From contig LVLI01000100.1 in assembly GCA_001687465.1 (NCBI GenBank), positions 1-64,000 of the forward strand: 64,000 bases of DNA, given 5' to 3'. The position numbers were made by a program, and so were the translations under genes. This stretch comes from Halocafeteria seosinensis. Its lineage: Eukaryota. This document shows, in pieces, positions 23,228-36,434 of the stretch (within the stretch, counting starts at the first letter, position 1; each line of letters starts with the position of its first letter). Below the pieces are notes generated by a model that did not search any database, had not been told where the DNA came from, and was given only the letters and a program-made list of their open reading frames with translations.

Positions 23228-26200
23228 TTACAACTTCAGAGAAAACCCAAAGTTTTTATGAAGCTGTCGCTCATAACGGTCTACATCCACATGCAAAGCT
23301 TCCGTAAGCTGTCGCATTTTGTCAACAGCTCTGTCGACTTCTTTTGGAGTGAACACAAAAATAGAATTTTTAATACCGGTTGTACTTTCGGCATCGTTAA
23401 AGGAAGACTCGGCAATACTCTCTCGTAGAAGTCTTTCCTCCATCACATGTGGATCCAGGTTCAGCTTTTGTTGGACAATGTAGTTCCAAGTGGGAAGAGG
23501 GATAGGCTGTACGAGTACCCCTGTGTGAGACAACTGCCACATAAACTTCCGCGTCGAGTCGTCGACCTCTTCTAGATCTTTGCTAGCCTCTTGATGTAGA
23601 ATACTAATCTCATACTGAGCTTTTTCCCAATCCTTCAATGTCGCTCGTACTTGCCTAAGGTGGAAAATCCCTAAGGCAGTGTAATATGCCAGCTTTAGGA
23701 AATCTTGCATCGTCTCAGGTGTGCGCATTGCTAGCTGCAAAGAATAAATCAAATCAAGACGCATACTTTAACATACAGCCATTTAAGAGCACACAAACAT
23801 ACCATGTGCTCAAACATGTCCCTATACGCATCACTGCCCATACTTAAGCAGCTCTGAATTCGGGCAATGAGTCGCTCGTACTTCTCAAGCTTCTCCCGCG
23901 CTACGACTTTGCTTTCTGCTCGGCGCAATCGAGCGCTCGCTTCTTTTGCACCAGAACTCGAACCTGTCATTTCATCCTCGAACGTGACACCCTGCCCTGA
24001 AGTCCTCAAAGGAGACCCCACATTAAACTGATAAGAAGTGGATGCAGAACCTAAAGAACTAAGGCGCATTTGAGACGCCTTGGAAGAGGAGCCTGTATCT
24101 TTCCAAGGGTTTTTGACGTTCGAAGAAACGCGGTACCCAGAGAGTGCTAACCGACGATTGGTTTGGAGAAGTTTTATGGTGTCACTAGTGCCTAGAGAGG
24201 TTCTGCTGCGATTCTTAAAGAGACTGCTCTGGATCTTCTCCAGAGAAACGCTCTTGCCTTTCAGCGAAGACTGCGATTGAGAACGTGAAACTGACTGGGT
24301 AGAATCCCCCGTTTCTCGCTGTTTGAGTTGTTGCTTCGACTGTTCGCCCACGTTCGTGGGTAGATCTACACTGGATTTCGACTTCTCTTGGTCATGTTGG
24401 GCAGTAAGCGACTCTTCGATAGCGTACCCGGCTTCGCTAGACTGCATCGTCATATTCAATGCCGTTTCATCAACCAGGCCCGATTTCAGCGCCCATTTGG
24501 TTGTTTTACTTTTGTCAACCTGGTTTATCCGAAGATACCACGGTGTTCCTTGTACAACGTGGGACAGAGGCAAAAATGCTCCTATAGGGCCTAAGGTCTT
24601 CAATGCCGCAGCAGTTTTTTCTGACCCCCCACGGACTTGGTCCATGAGCTGAGTGACATCAACAAAATGAGGCGCAGTGCGGTAGTCCTTCATACTTAGT
24701 CGAGCAGATACAACACCAATATCTAGCGCACCAGCACCGGGAAGGATTTTGAAGTCTAGGTCTAGCTTGCCAGTTTTACCATCGTCGTTATTTTGCGCAG
24801 TTTCGTTTTCCGAAGACAATTTACTCTCCCCATCATGCGAGCTTTTCATTTGGGTAGTTTTGCGCGAATTATTAGCTACAAGGTCAATGCTTGCAGTTGA
24901 GAGGGAGGATATCCCTTCTTTACTTTTTCTTCTAATTCTCTCTAGCAACTTCGAGGCCACTCTTGCGACAATCGAGGCAGATGTGTGTTTCCTCCACTCT
25001 TTCGCGCTGGAATATCTTGTGTGTCCTCCGGCAGGTTTCGCAGTGGTGCGCGGCTCGTCTTCGGCGTATTTGGTTTGATAGGACAGATAACACAAACTTT
25101 GCTCAGGACGTTCTAGCTTTTGTTCTGCGTAAATGCCTTTTGCTTCTTTCATTATTTCTTTCTGTGTCTGTGGAATCCTAGCCCGTTGCTTCTTCTGGGA
25201 TTCTCTTTTGGCATTATTGACTACCAATTGCTTCACTGTTGATTCCTGTTTCACTCCCAGCCCATGAATCATGCGAGCGGCTTGTTTTTCTCCAAAATGC
25301 TTAGCAACCGTGACAAAGAGAGCGCGATTACGCACAAGCGTAAGCGAATTGGTCCACAAACTGCAAGACAAGACAGACCTCGTTAACATACGAATTGAAC
25401 ACTTCGGTCAAAAGTTTGCGTCCATACCTTTGAGGGGAGGTGTACTTATAGAACATATCCTTAAGTCTTATGCGAATATCCTTTCTCAACCCGCTTTCGA
25501 TTCTCCCCAAAAGCTGCTCCACATTACGCGAACGTACTTCCTCCAGCATGCGCATCATGATGGAAGCGTGACGCCTTGCTAGTGGTTGGATGGCTTTGCA
25601 GAAGCTGAAAATAGGGGAAAGTGTTAGCAATGTGGAAATGACACACACAACCATATATCTCAAACTTACATTGATCTTGCAGATTTTGCTAGCTCCTTTG
25701 CTTTTTCTTCGTCCTCTTGTATCTTCTCCAGGAATTCTCGTTGGACTTGATGGGTGCCTTCATAACTAAGCATCTCAAATGATTCGAAATCACTAAGAAC
25801 ATTCTGTTTTAGTCGGAGATATGCTTTCTTCTTTGCAGTTACAAGTTTATCCTTCTGAACAAGCTCCTCTAACGTATATGTAAGAAGCCGTTGACGAAGA
25901 TTACTCTTTTTTTTCCCTTTCTTATTCAAACGTTCACGGTGTTTATCACTAATGGGACCGTCTGCAAACGAGCTAAAATCGGTGGTGTCCTTTTTTGCGC
26001 GATCCGAAACAGTACTTTGTGCTAATTCTATCTGGTTCCTCATTTTCTGACGAAACTGTTGAACTCGATAGGCTGGATTGCCTCCAACATCCAGCTGCGC
26101 GGGGTCCGCATCGACTGTCATGTTTCCCGCGACAACAGCACTGTGCACACACAATACAGTGATGCATTCAATTTCTTATACCTTCGGGATGTTCGTTTAG

Positions 26201-26719
26201 TACACACCTTCGTGGCAAAACGTCTTTTTCGATAGCTTTGCGATAACTCATTTCGGCAGTTTTGGAAAACTGGGGTGGACCCACCAGTAAGGCACCTTCT
26301 CTGGCCACCAAATCATTCAGGCTTCGTTCCACTTGAGAATCCAATTCCGTTTTATTTTGGCGAGTCGCGTATTTCGCGCTAAGTTGTTTCAACATTGAAA
26401 TTTCATCATCCTCCTCAACTTCCGTTTCTGCGGAATCCTCACTCTCTGAAGAAGCCGTTTGCTCAGGTGACCGCCGCTGTTTATCATCAGGGGTCCTCGT
26501 CTCCGATTCCATGTGGTATGTGCGTTGCGTGTCATCGGCTTCCGCGGAGGAAGACACGGACTGCGTATAGCCCTCGTACGAGTGCTCTTCGAAACTTCCT
26601 GACCCTGTGGTGTCGTCTGAGTCATCCTCTTCGTCGTGGGAAGGCGGTGGTGGAGACATTGGCGGTGGAGGAGGATCCCTACCGGACCTCGAGCTTGGAG
26701 TGCTCTCTTGTTCAGTCAT
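23228..26719 (-). CDS. Large multi-exon protein of unknown function (acidic/Pro-rich N-terminus, Ser-rich middle)
   Basis: Five co-oriented long ORFs (26168-26719, 25666-26154, 25328-25663, 23749-25389, 23228-23764) separated by short intron-sized gaps. No family recognised. Confidence 0.55.
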
Positions 26720-27141
26720 CGTGGATCTGAAAGGTAAACGCGAGCTGAGAGACGCTTAACAGCAGCATCAACGCGCGTTCAGGAAGTCAAAATGACACTA
26801 TGCTCAATAAGTATAGTAATGCAGACTTTTATGCACCCTGGTTCCACCAATCAAATACGATTATAAAATGCCATCAACTCGTCGAATTTTGGTTTGCGCT
26901 GCATCAAGTCAAGGAGGCCGCAAGTTGCGACTCCTCGCTGAGAGATACCTCGCCGCCAGCTCGGCCACTCCCGCAGCGACTCCGAAACGAAGATGGCTTC
27001 CTTGACAACAAAAATTGCCTATTATGGCCACTATAGATTGGTACGTAAAACCGAACATATAAACGTATATTGATGTTTGGTATATGGAACCGTCAAGATG
27101 CCCAAATTGGCCACCCCTCGAAGCATCCGAAAGGGGAGGAT

Positions 27142-28533
27142 TTATGTGGCTGCACTGGCAGTGCAGACCTTTTGCGCTGCTTCTTCAGCGCGAGTGCTAT
27201 GTCCTTCCAAAAATGCCTCTCGCCAACGGTCGAAAGCTTGCATCGATAAATTCTTAGACTCGTTGTATTCTTCATCTGTCGTGGGCAGTTCATTCCGGCA
27301 AACCGGGCAGGTATTGTGCTCTTTTAACCATTGTTCACAACACTCTCTGTGGAACCAATGAGCGCATGGGAGAGCCCAAACAGCATCTTCCCCATTATCC
27401 ATGGGGGTATCTTCTGTTTGATTGTTTTCGTTTTCATTGGAAGGACTCCAAGGGAACTCCTCTCTGCATACTGCACACTGCTCGTTTTGCCCCTTGTGTG
27501 GAGATGCGGATGCAATACTGTGGTTGAGACAGGGCAATTTATTCAACACCTCGTTCGAAGTGCTATGCGCAGGAGCTCCACCAGGATGCTGTTGCATCAG
27601 TTCGTTTACGATTTCGTCCATATCTCCAATGACGTAATCCCCGATTCGCATATGCCGGCGTCCTTCCTCACTAGCATCGTCACCCACATACGCAACTCTA
27701 CTTCCTCGACCCTGAGCCATCATCATAAGCATATCCTCGAAGAAGGAGTCCAACGAATTGCTGTTGTGGTCTCCTTGGGTCCGAATACGCTCTACTCGTC
27801 GAAGCGCATCACGAAGACGTAATCGCAAGGAGCCTTGCTGCCGTGAGCTATCCGTGGCTCTTGAGCCTGAAATGTTGGCGACATTTGCAGAGGAAGTCAC
27901 TCCACCAGAAGTAGATCCTGCTGGCGGAGCACTCGTGTCTTCCATATCTTCTTCACTGGTAGAGCCATCCGACTCATCAGCTTGCTCAGCATTTCGTCGC
28001 GAAGCTATGATACTGGACAGAGTGTTTACCCGATGGGGACTACGGCCGGCCTGCGACCGGGTGTGCATTCGAGTGGGGCGGCTGGTTTCCTCGGTCCCAC
28101 TGTCTCCACTTCTTGCAGCAATAGCTCGTAAGATACCGGGTAGAATAGGAGGAGTAAACACACTCGGATCATCCGGAGCGTTCGGTTGTTCTATAATTTC
28201 GACAAAATCGCCTTCGCACTGTACGCATCACCATTGCAACACCTTATCAATGCTATGCGGGCAGCTTCAACTACATCACGTGGCTTGAATAAGACTTACG
28301 TCATTGCACGTATATACATCACAATTGGGGTTCACCCGAATTTGTTTCCTGCACCAGTCAACAAATCAAGTACACCACAGATCGTTTTAGAGTGCCCTTC
28401 GTTGCAACGGCACATCTTCTTGGCGCTTAACGTACTGGCACTGATGGCACCACGCCGGGATCGGAACAGAGCTCGAGTTGCTCGTCGTTCCTCCATTGGT
28501 GGTTGTCTGAGCGTTCGACGTTTCGGAAGACAT
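27142..28533 (-). CDS. RING-H2 E3 ubiquitin ligase, RNF126/RNF115-like (N-terminal zinc ribbon)
   Basis: Spliced N-terminus MSSETS...AWCHQC..(intron)..RVNPNCDVYTCND|CEGDFVE. 'IGDYVIGDMDEIVNELM' motif. RING-H2 'CAVCREEF...LPCAHWFHRECCEQWLKEHNTCPVCR'. Confidence 0.85.
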
Positions 28534-29272
28534 CGTTTTGTTTTGTCTGCTCGCTGCCGTCGACGAGAGGGAGCCTTGTATAGGAGGTAGATATTAGGTA
28601 AGCCTCGATGCGCTCAACAAGCACTTGCTTGAGACTCTCTCTTGAGTTTCTGTATGTCTGCACCAGGGAGTAAGACACATAATGAACCATGTAATTTTAA
28701 CCATTGTCAGCGTTGCGGCCACTCTATTGGAGCGAAAAGAGGAGCATAATAGAGCAAAATGATCAATCTTCAAGCAAAACAGCGTGGATCAACACCGCTT
28801 CCTTCCCCCTTTAAATCAAGGTTAAATACCCTTCATTCACACCATCATCCCCTTGATACGGTTCTATAGACAATTATGCACGCTATATATGTGGTAAAGG
28901 AGGGATAGATCGTATGGCAGAAGAGGAAAAGACAGGCAAAGAATACATTCTCTACGACTCAATACATTTGATACCTACCTATTGGCAGTATCCGGCTACT
29001 TATGACCACTCACACTGAGTGCACGTTCCCACTGTCGATCATAGAGGGAAAAAAATGTTGACATTCCATGTGACTTCGCGGATGATGAGGCCCTCATGAG
29101 GGAAAACCATGACTGACCATTGTTAGCAAACAATCAAATCGTTCACTTTGGGCATCCACAAGTTGGACCACAACGTGCCTTACGTACAGTGAGACTTTGG
29201 GGATGCATATTTGATATCCAACCGTATAGATACTTTTATTATACAGAATAGATTGATATGTATTGAAGCGAG

Positions 29273-29975
29273 ATGCAACAAAATCGTGTAAATGGCTCTG
29301 CCACGGAGGCAAATGTGCCGAATGGGTACCAACAGCACCGCCAAGGAGAGAGTTTGATTCCAAACACGGGGTTATCTTCTTCTTCAGCAACTCAACCTCG
29401 GTTTTTCGTTGGCCAGGGTAACTCCGGAGGCGGCACTGGCGTCCCCATCCGCGATGAACGAGTACCGAAGGCAGCATCGGCACCGATGAACACTCAAAAG
29501 AGGCTGGAGGAGTACGAAAATCGCCTGTATGATGCATTGGAGCTTATCGAAGATAGGCTTTTTGAGGCGGAAGGGGACTATTTGCAGAAAACACAGACCC
29601 AGGGCAACTTATGCGTGGGGTTCGATCCGAACGAAAAGATAAATTCGAGACGGAACTTGGACGAAAACAGGATCTTTTCACAGAGCAGTATTACATCACC
29701 AGTGGCCGTAGAAAATGAAGCTGGGGGTGGAGGAGGTGGACTATATGGACAGCAAGGATTTGCAGTGGCTGATGTTAATGATACGCAAAGTGCTTATGAA
29801 GGGTATAGGTATGTGATTCATATTGTACGGTTGTGTGGCTGGTTTATTACCCACTGAACGATAGTGATTCCACAGTGGAAAGAGGTTATCAGCTCGAAGG
29901 CGGGGAAAGGAAGGCAAACGAATGGGAAAACGCCCCCGAAGGAGGGAAGATGAGGATGATGAAGACTACGCGTGA
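29273..29975 (+). CDS. EAF6: NuA4 histone acetyltransferase subunit Eaf6/MEAF6 (2 exons; intron ~29809-29875)
   Basis: 'LELIEDRLFEAEGDYLQKTQTQGNLCVGFD...ENRIFSQSSITS' is the Eaf6 signature. The second exon encodes a basic/acidic tail ending at TGA 29973-29975. Confidence 0.85.
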
Positions 29976-30206
29976 TATACACATACAGCTTTGGGAAGTG
30001 ATATTTGGAGTGCTGCTATAGGTACTGGGGCGACTTGTTCATCCTCAAAGGATGGAAACGTCGCTTCTGTGTTTGATCTAACGCCTCATTGTAGGCTCTA
30101 ATATAGTAGAGTAGACTGCTCGGTGCTGTTCAAGGCTGCAAATGATAGGGAATCCGCTCAGCCATATGCTCTTTTTGTACAAGAATTGTTCTGTATATGC
30201 CTATTG

Positions 30207-32283
30207 TCACCTAGCCGTCTCTTTCTGTGCTAATGAAGGGGCGCATACGCCCACGCTGGCAATGTAGCCATTCTTGGTGACTTCGAAAAGAAGTGAAGAC
30301 GACATATTATGAACAACGTTGGGAAATGAGTCCTGGGAGATATCCGCCGTACACCTTGTTTCCGCAATAAATTCTTCGTTTTCGACCATCCCATACTGGC
30401 ATAGTTGCTCTCTGACGGTTTTCCACGGCGATGACAAGTCAACAATCATTTCCGATTGGTTTTGTTCCTTTGCTGATCCAGTAGAATGACGTTGCGAGGG
30501 GACCAATCGCACAAAAGTCCGGCATTTTGCAGTACTTGCGAACATTGGATGGCCAGGCATACTTTGGCTTAGCCAAACCTCAGTGATGAACGGGGAATCT
30601 GCCTCTAGTAAACACTCCGCTCCTAAGCGAGCGTATACGTACCACTCCCCAATACGGCGACCATTCTTAACTTGATTTGCGCAATCATGGCGAACGTAAT
30701 CGCAAGGTCCAAGTGCGGATAGCAGTTCCTGTTTGGAGCATCCAATAGGTACTAAACATTCGGACTCCATCCAAGCAATATTGGGCGACAGAATCTGTCC
30801 GACTAAGTTTTCGGGGGAAACGGAACCATCCACAATTGTCCCAGTAATGACGACGTCCGACCTGGACGCTGTGAATGATTCTTCGAAACTCTTAGAGGTC
30901 GCCACTGGGTTGGTGTGTCCAGTAATCGCTTCCAAATTATGCGGCCGAAGTCTTACTGCAGCTCCGGCTCTGCTTTGTTGTCGGGCTTCATATAGTAAGT
31001 TCCACTTCTGCAGATTACAAATATAGTCAATGACGTTCTATGCAAAGGAATAGCTCCGGAATTTACGAATCATTATACCTACCCAATTGCACTCGTTCGA
31101 GTATAGGATACCAGGAGATGTGTCCGTTTCGTAGCTAAGCATTATGTCACTAACTATCAATGGATCACCATCCTGCAGTGCAAGCAAAATGAAGAAAACG
31201 GACTATTGCTTGCTAATGTCGAGGTGGAAGTAAAAGGAAGCGGGGCACACTCACCTCCCAGTTGAATACGATGGTGTCCAGCTGGAGTTCCTCCGAGGCA
31301 TTATTTTTCTCACTGGTCTCAACATATTGGTTTTTCAACTCATTGAAGACTTCAACACTTAAGGAGCATAATAGAGTACCTCCAGGTACGGGAATAACGT
31401 AAGTTTGGTTTCTAGTGCAAAGGTAGCCCGTGCTGGTACCAGCAAACGCCTGGAAGATTAACGTCTCCCTAACTCGGAACAAACGTGTCAACAACCTCGG
31501 CGTTTGAGACACTTACATGATAAAGGTCATACAACTTGTTGGTACGTAAAGCGTGAATACCGATGCGCAATTTCAGTAACGCCTGGTCATAGACGTGTAC
31601 TCGTTTCAGCCTTTGATCATTTCCGTCGAATAGCAACTGCCGAGATTCACAAGCACGATCGTAGTTACATTCCATGACGGGATATAGCTTCCAAAGGGTT
31701 ATTCCGACCCGTTTGCTTGCGAAAAGTCCTTAAATGCACTTACATTAATATTCCTATCTCGGAGCTTGACTATAATGGGCGATCGAAGTGGGTCTTTCAT
31801 GTTACATGAAATCTGAAGTTGTTCGGCCGAACGCGATTCGCCATCGGGATTCCCAGTGCCCATCGGCGTGCCATTCAGAAGCACGCTCGATGTTTGAGTA
31901 GTCCCACTATTACTTTTGTTTCCTGATGCTGCTGCTCCCCCGGACTTCGTGGGAGAGCTGTTGAAATGATCGGTGTCGTAAAGTACACCAGTTCCAGCCG
32001 CGGTGCGTTGTTCAACTTGCTTGCTCTCAGGGCTTTCCTGTTCTCCATTGTTGTTCTGCGGGATCATACCATAGCAACTTGGCGTGCGCATGGGGAACAT
32101 GTGGGCGGATGAATCGACTAAGATCAGCATGGACCCTCCAAACCTCGCTCCAGGCGCTATACGGACCGTGACAGTTAATTTCACAAAAAGCGCTGTACGT
32201 ACTTGGAGAAGTATGCCCATTACCAGGTACAATGGAGCCCCGAGCTCGAACTGTCCGAGGCGGGCTCCAGGGACGCATTGCAT
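30207..32283 (-). CDS. UPF0183 family protein (PHAF1/C16orf70-like), multi-exon
   Basis: 'VPGARLGQFELGAPL', 'KDPLRSPIIVKL', 'LLFDGNDQRLKRVHVYD', 'GCSKQELLSALGP', 'YVYARLG...MPGHPMF...C', 'FEVTKNGYIASV'. Confidence 0.7.
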
Positions 32284-32565
32284 TTCTGTGTGAGCTATTC
32301 CCACCTAATACGACACCAGTCCAAACGCCGCCAATATTTCCCAACAATCCCGTAGTCCAGTCGACTTGGTCAATAACGGGCACTTCGCTTCAGCAGAGGC
32401 GACAATCTTTTCACACACTTGATAAGGAGGACATTTTCGGAGGCCATTTTACGGGGTATACAGGGTGTTTCTGACCGATTTGGTAATATAATTGGATAAA
32501 TAATTGTATACAGAGTCTGGTTCAATCTATCCGTTAGGGGATTAGCCCGAATAAAGCAACGAAAA

Positions 32566-33667
32566 ATGGCTCGTAACGAAGAAAAAACCAATGCCATGCT
32601 CAACAAATGGTTGAGTATGAAGCAGGAACACGCCACAGGAGGACCTGAACAGTGCGTGATCAATCATGTCGCACCGACAGCATGTGTCCCCACCTATGCC
32701 CTTCCCTTTGAGTGTGCAGACGGCGCCCTTATCTGGCTTCGGAATGCAATAGTCTCCCCGATGCTGAAAAATTTAGGCGACAAATTGTAGGGGAAATAAT
32801 GAGAAAGGTCACAGAAATCCAAAATGGTGCGTCGTTAGATGCCTAAGAGGCTTGAACGAGCGCTCAGACCTAATTCTTTGTCCTTTGCTTTGTGCAGCCG
32901 GGTTAGGCGAGGCTCGTATTCGAGATCTAAACGATGAAATCAACAAATTATTCAGGGAAAAATGGCATTGGGAGAGACAAATCAAAGCGCTTGGAGGGCC
33001 AGATTACACTCGGATGAATGCCGCCAGTAAAGCCCTGGACTCTGATGGAAAAGCCATTCCCGGAGGCGGTAGCTACAAGTATTTTGGAGCTGCGAAGGAC
33101 TTGCCAGGCGTCCGTGAATTGTTTCAAGCCTCCAGTGCACGTGCTGCCAAGCGTACCCGAGGGGAGCTGTATAAGGCAATTACACCGGATTATTACGGCT
33201 TCAGAGATGAGGAAGATGGCGTTCTTGTGGAGGCAGAAGCAGCCGCTGAGAAAGAATTGCGGAAGCAATTAGAAGAAGACTGGAAGAAGGAGCGTGACCA
33301 GCAGAAACAACACAAAGCTGAGTTACACCGCCAGGCACGTGAGAGACCGAATATCAAAGCCCTTGGAACGAATGAGAATGCGAAATCATCTGGCAAGACC
33401 GAAATTATCACACTAGGAGGAGATCATGAATCAGAGAGTGAAGAGGAGGAAGACAATGCTGACTCGAGAAGTGAACGCATCGGTTCCATTTTGGAAGGCA
33501 CTGCGGCCTCGGATGCCAATGTCAGGAGCCACGTCCGCGTGCCAAGTCAGGAAGAAATATCCAAGTTACTTGTTCAGAAGAAAAAACAGCTTCTCATGCA
33601 GAGGTACGCATCATCAGATTTACAGAAGACTCAATATGAGTCTCAAAGTTTATTGAACCAAAAATGA
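32566..33667 (+). CDS. ISY1: Pre-mRNA splicing factor ISY1 (3 exons)
   Basis: MARNEEKTNAMLNKW..., RRPYLASEC..L.DAEKFRRQI..EI..KVTEIQN|AGLGEARIRDLNDEINKL.REKWHWE, YKYFGAAKDLPGVRELF, DYYGFRDEEDG. Two GTGCGT...GCAG introns. Confidence 0.96.
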
Positions 33668-33770
33668 GCACATGGAACAAACTACGGTGGCAGTCCCAAG
33701 ACTTGTGATGTAAACCTGCAGCACACATAGCCTTATGTTGCAAGGTATTCTCATTACGTAGGCGTTAACC

Positions 33771-35774
33771 TCATGATATCGCAGATAAAACCATATCCAC
33801 ATTTTTCAGTAGAGAATTCCGCGTCAACGAATTAGCGCACGACCTGGTTGCAACACTTGCTCTTGCAGAACGCATCATGGCGTCTAAGTCGCTTTGCGTG
33901 AATGATGAGGTTTTTGAGGAAGATCTAGCAACGTTCTGTCGTTGGGAGGGGCGTTGCTTCACTCGTTGTTTTCTTTTGGATGGCCTGGCGGTACGGGTAG
34001 AGCTGCGTCGCCTGGAGGTCAGATGAGCTTTAGTGCCAGTGGAGTGAAGCGAAAACTGACTCGATTGAAGGAAGCCATATCTGTTCCTAAAGCTTCGATT
34101 AAAAGCCGCAGCCAGTCGATCATCCTTTGATCGAAACTTCCGTTTCTTTGGTTCCTCACTGGGGGAGTCGCAACCTTGTATTGGCGCGCGGCGATATGCA
34201 TTTGCCAACTCATTCACGGTGGTGCTTGGAACGTCTTTCTCGTAGACCACGGAGCGAGGATTGGGTATGACAACTCCACTAGTGTATTCATTACTGTTAG
34301 GCTGCTTTTCCCCTTGATGAGAGTCATCGGCTGAAGAGTTCCAGATAGTGTCGAGAAACATCCCCATACGCTCACGACCTCGGGGTGGTGGCGGAGCGCT
34401 GAAAGATCTTCCAAATGCGTGCCGTCTATCCGCTTTGAACGTGCGTTTTGGAGCAGTCACGCTTCTGGGTCTCGACAGTCGTACACTGTTGTATTTTTGT
34501 CGACGCGAGAGAGTACGTGAAAGTCTCCTATTAACGTTTTGCAACCGAGAACTGATGGATTCTGCTAGCCTTCTATCCACTCCCTCTTCCGCGTGTCTTG
34601 CTTCTTCATCTCGTAAACGCTTGAGTGCATCTAGCGTCGTCGGTATCCGTAGTCCTAGTAGATCTTTCTTTAAATCGTTCACAGATGTCAAAAGGCTTTC
34701 TACTTCACTGCTTGCCGCAGACCCAGCCTTCGAATCGTAAGAGCCTCTGCTTTTCCCGGAACCACTACGTCTTCCCTCACGCCTCTGATTCGTCACTGTG
34801 GAATCGAGGACATCAGTTCCGGACGCTGAAAACGGCTGCGTTCTCGAAGTACCCAGGAGAGGTTCATTATTCGTATCTGAATAAGTCGTCGTCGCTATGG
34901 TATCTCTGCTCCTTTGCGTTCCCACTGTAGAGTTTAAACTAGACGAAGAGGTGCTTATTCCTCGACTCTTCCTTCCTTTGCGTGAACTGTCCTTAACCCT
35001 CCCCAACGATAAAGCATACTCTTCATGCTTTTCTATTTCTTCTGCAATGCTGTTTTCCTGCTCGAGCGCTTTTCGGATAGCCTCTTGAGCCTGTGAAAAA
35101 TCCGGTTTTGATTGGGCCGGTTTCAATGAGGACCACATATAATTTGACGATTGCTCTCTTTCGTTTAAGTCGTGGGAGGACGTAGAAAACCGAACCAATT
35201 CTGTTGAGTTCCTTGATACACTGGAATCTGTCGTTGATGCCGAAACACTTGTCTCCGGAAGGGAACAGTTTCTTCTTCCAGACTTTGATAGTTGCACGCT
35301 GGAACTCTGGGCTGGGTAGGACTCGTGCGTCGCTGCTGGAGTAAACGAAATGCTACTGTCATTTGCCAGTGCAGCTTGTGCAGGACGACGCTGAGTCGTT
35401 GCGACATCTTCGCGGTGACTTTGCTCCGTTTCCGTCTCTGACGCTACGGCAGAGGCGTACGAAGTCTGTGTTGAGGAATTAGTGTCACTATGCTTGTGCT
35501 GCAGCCAGTATCCCAGCTTGGGATCATACGTCTTGCCTTGAATAGCAGGGGGTAATTCGTACTGCGGATCCTGTAGCATCCTCTGTCGTTGCTCCTCCTT
35601 CTCTTCATACTCTTTGACAGCAGCCTTGTAGGCGTCGACATTGCTACGGGTTCGATTTATCAACGCCTGTGTAGTGGAGGAAAACCATAAACCAGGCTGA
35701 TATAAATGCGAGCCTTCCATGGCTGCGACGTGCGAACGCGCGTCTTTTTCGTGGAGGTCACTCTCAGCACTCAT
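33771..35774 (-). CDS. Unknown Ser/Arg-rich, probably largely disordered protein (667 aa)
   Basis: Single uninterrupted 2-kb ORF with an ATG start. No recognisable domain. Confidence 0.6.
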   Translation of the reverse strand: MSAESDLHEKDARSHVAAMEGSHLYQPGLWFSSTTQALINRTRSNVDAYKAAVKEYEEKEEQRQRMLQDPQYELPPAIQGKTYDPKLGYWLQHKHSDTNSSTQTSYASAVASETETEQSHREDVATTQRRPAQAALANDSSISFTPAATHESYPAQSSSVQLSKSGRRNCSLPETSVSASTTDSSVSRNSTELVRFSTSSHDLNEREQSSNYMWSSLKPAQSKPDFSQAQEAIRKALEQENSIAEEIEKHEEYALSLGRVKDSSRKGRKSRGISTSSSSLNSTVGTQRSRDTIATTTYSDTNNEPLLGTSRTQPFSASGTDVLDSTVTNQRREGRRSGSGKSRGSYDSKAGSAASSEVESLLTSVNDLKKDLLGLRIPTTLDALKRLRDEEARHAEEGVDRRLAESISSRLQNVNRRLSRTLSRRQKYNSVRLSRPRSVTAPKRTFKADRRHAFGRSFSAPPPPRGRERMGMFLDTIWNSSADDSHQGEKQPNSNEYTSGVVIPNPRSVVYEKDVPSTTVNELANAYRRAPIQGCDSPSEEPKKRKFRSKDDRLAAAFNRSFRNRYGFLQSSQFSLHSTGTKAHLTSRRRSSTRTARPSKRKQRVKQRPSQRQNVARSSSKTSSFTQSDLDAMMRSARASVATRSCANSLTRNSLLKNVDMVLSAIS

Positions 35775-36434
35775 TTTCTGTCGTTACACACCCATGATAT
35801 ACGATACAACAGGATGGAGTCAAATGGAGTACATGATGTATCAATATGCACCAAAGCAACCGCATTCAACAGCTATACGAACTTGGGTCAATCTCGTTAA
35901 CGGTGTTACCAACAAATGATTGCTGCCTTCGGTTGTCCACAACTAGCCTACAAGTTGTAGCCGAGAAAAAACTCAAAGCCCCATGGGCCAGGAGGACATG
36001 CGCTGTAACAATAACATCAACACGTATTTGCCAATCAATAGGTGGAGGGAGAGTTTAGGACGCTTACCCGAGGGACGCAAATGTACCAAGTACCCACTTA
36101 GTGCACACGGCGATACCATGGAATTGCTGCGGCTGTAGAGCTCTCTACCGCATTCCTCATTCCTGGTTGTCTGGTTGTGATTGTGCGATAGCGAGGACAG
36201 TCTTAAGACTGTTTGACAGACTCGCAAACGAGGCTGGCTTCGCGCGACGCCCGTGACACGTGTTTCTTTCTCGACGTCTGAGTAACGGTGACACCGTAGG
36301 AGCAATACCAATACACACGCGACACTGTGTCCGTCTACCCACACAGAAAAGTAGATGTGTATTGTAGCTATCAAGCTTATCCTACCGGAAGAGTTGTAAG
36401 CAGTATCCGGCCGCGCATTTAGTGCGAGACAACA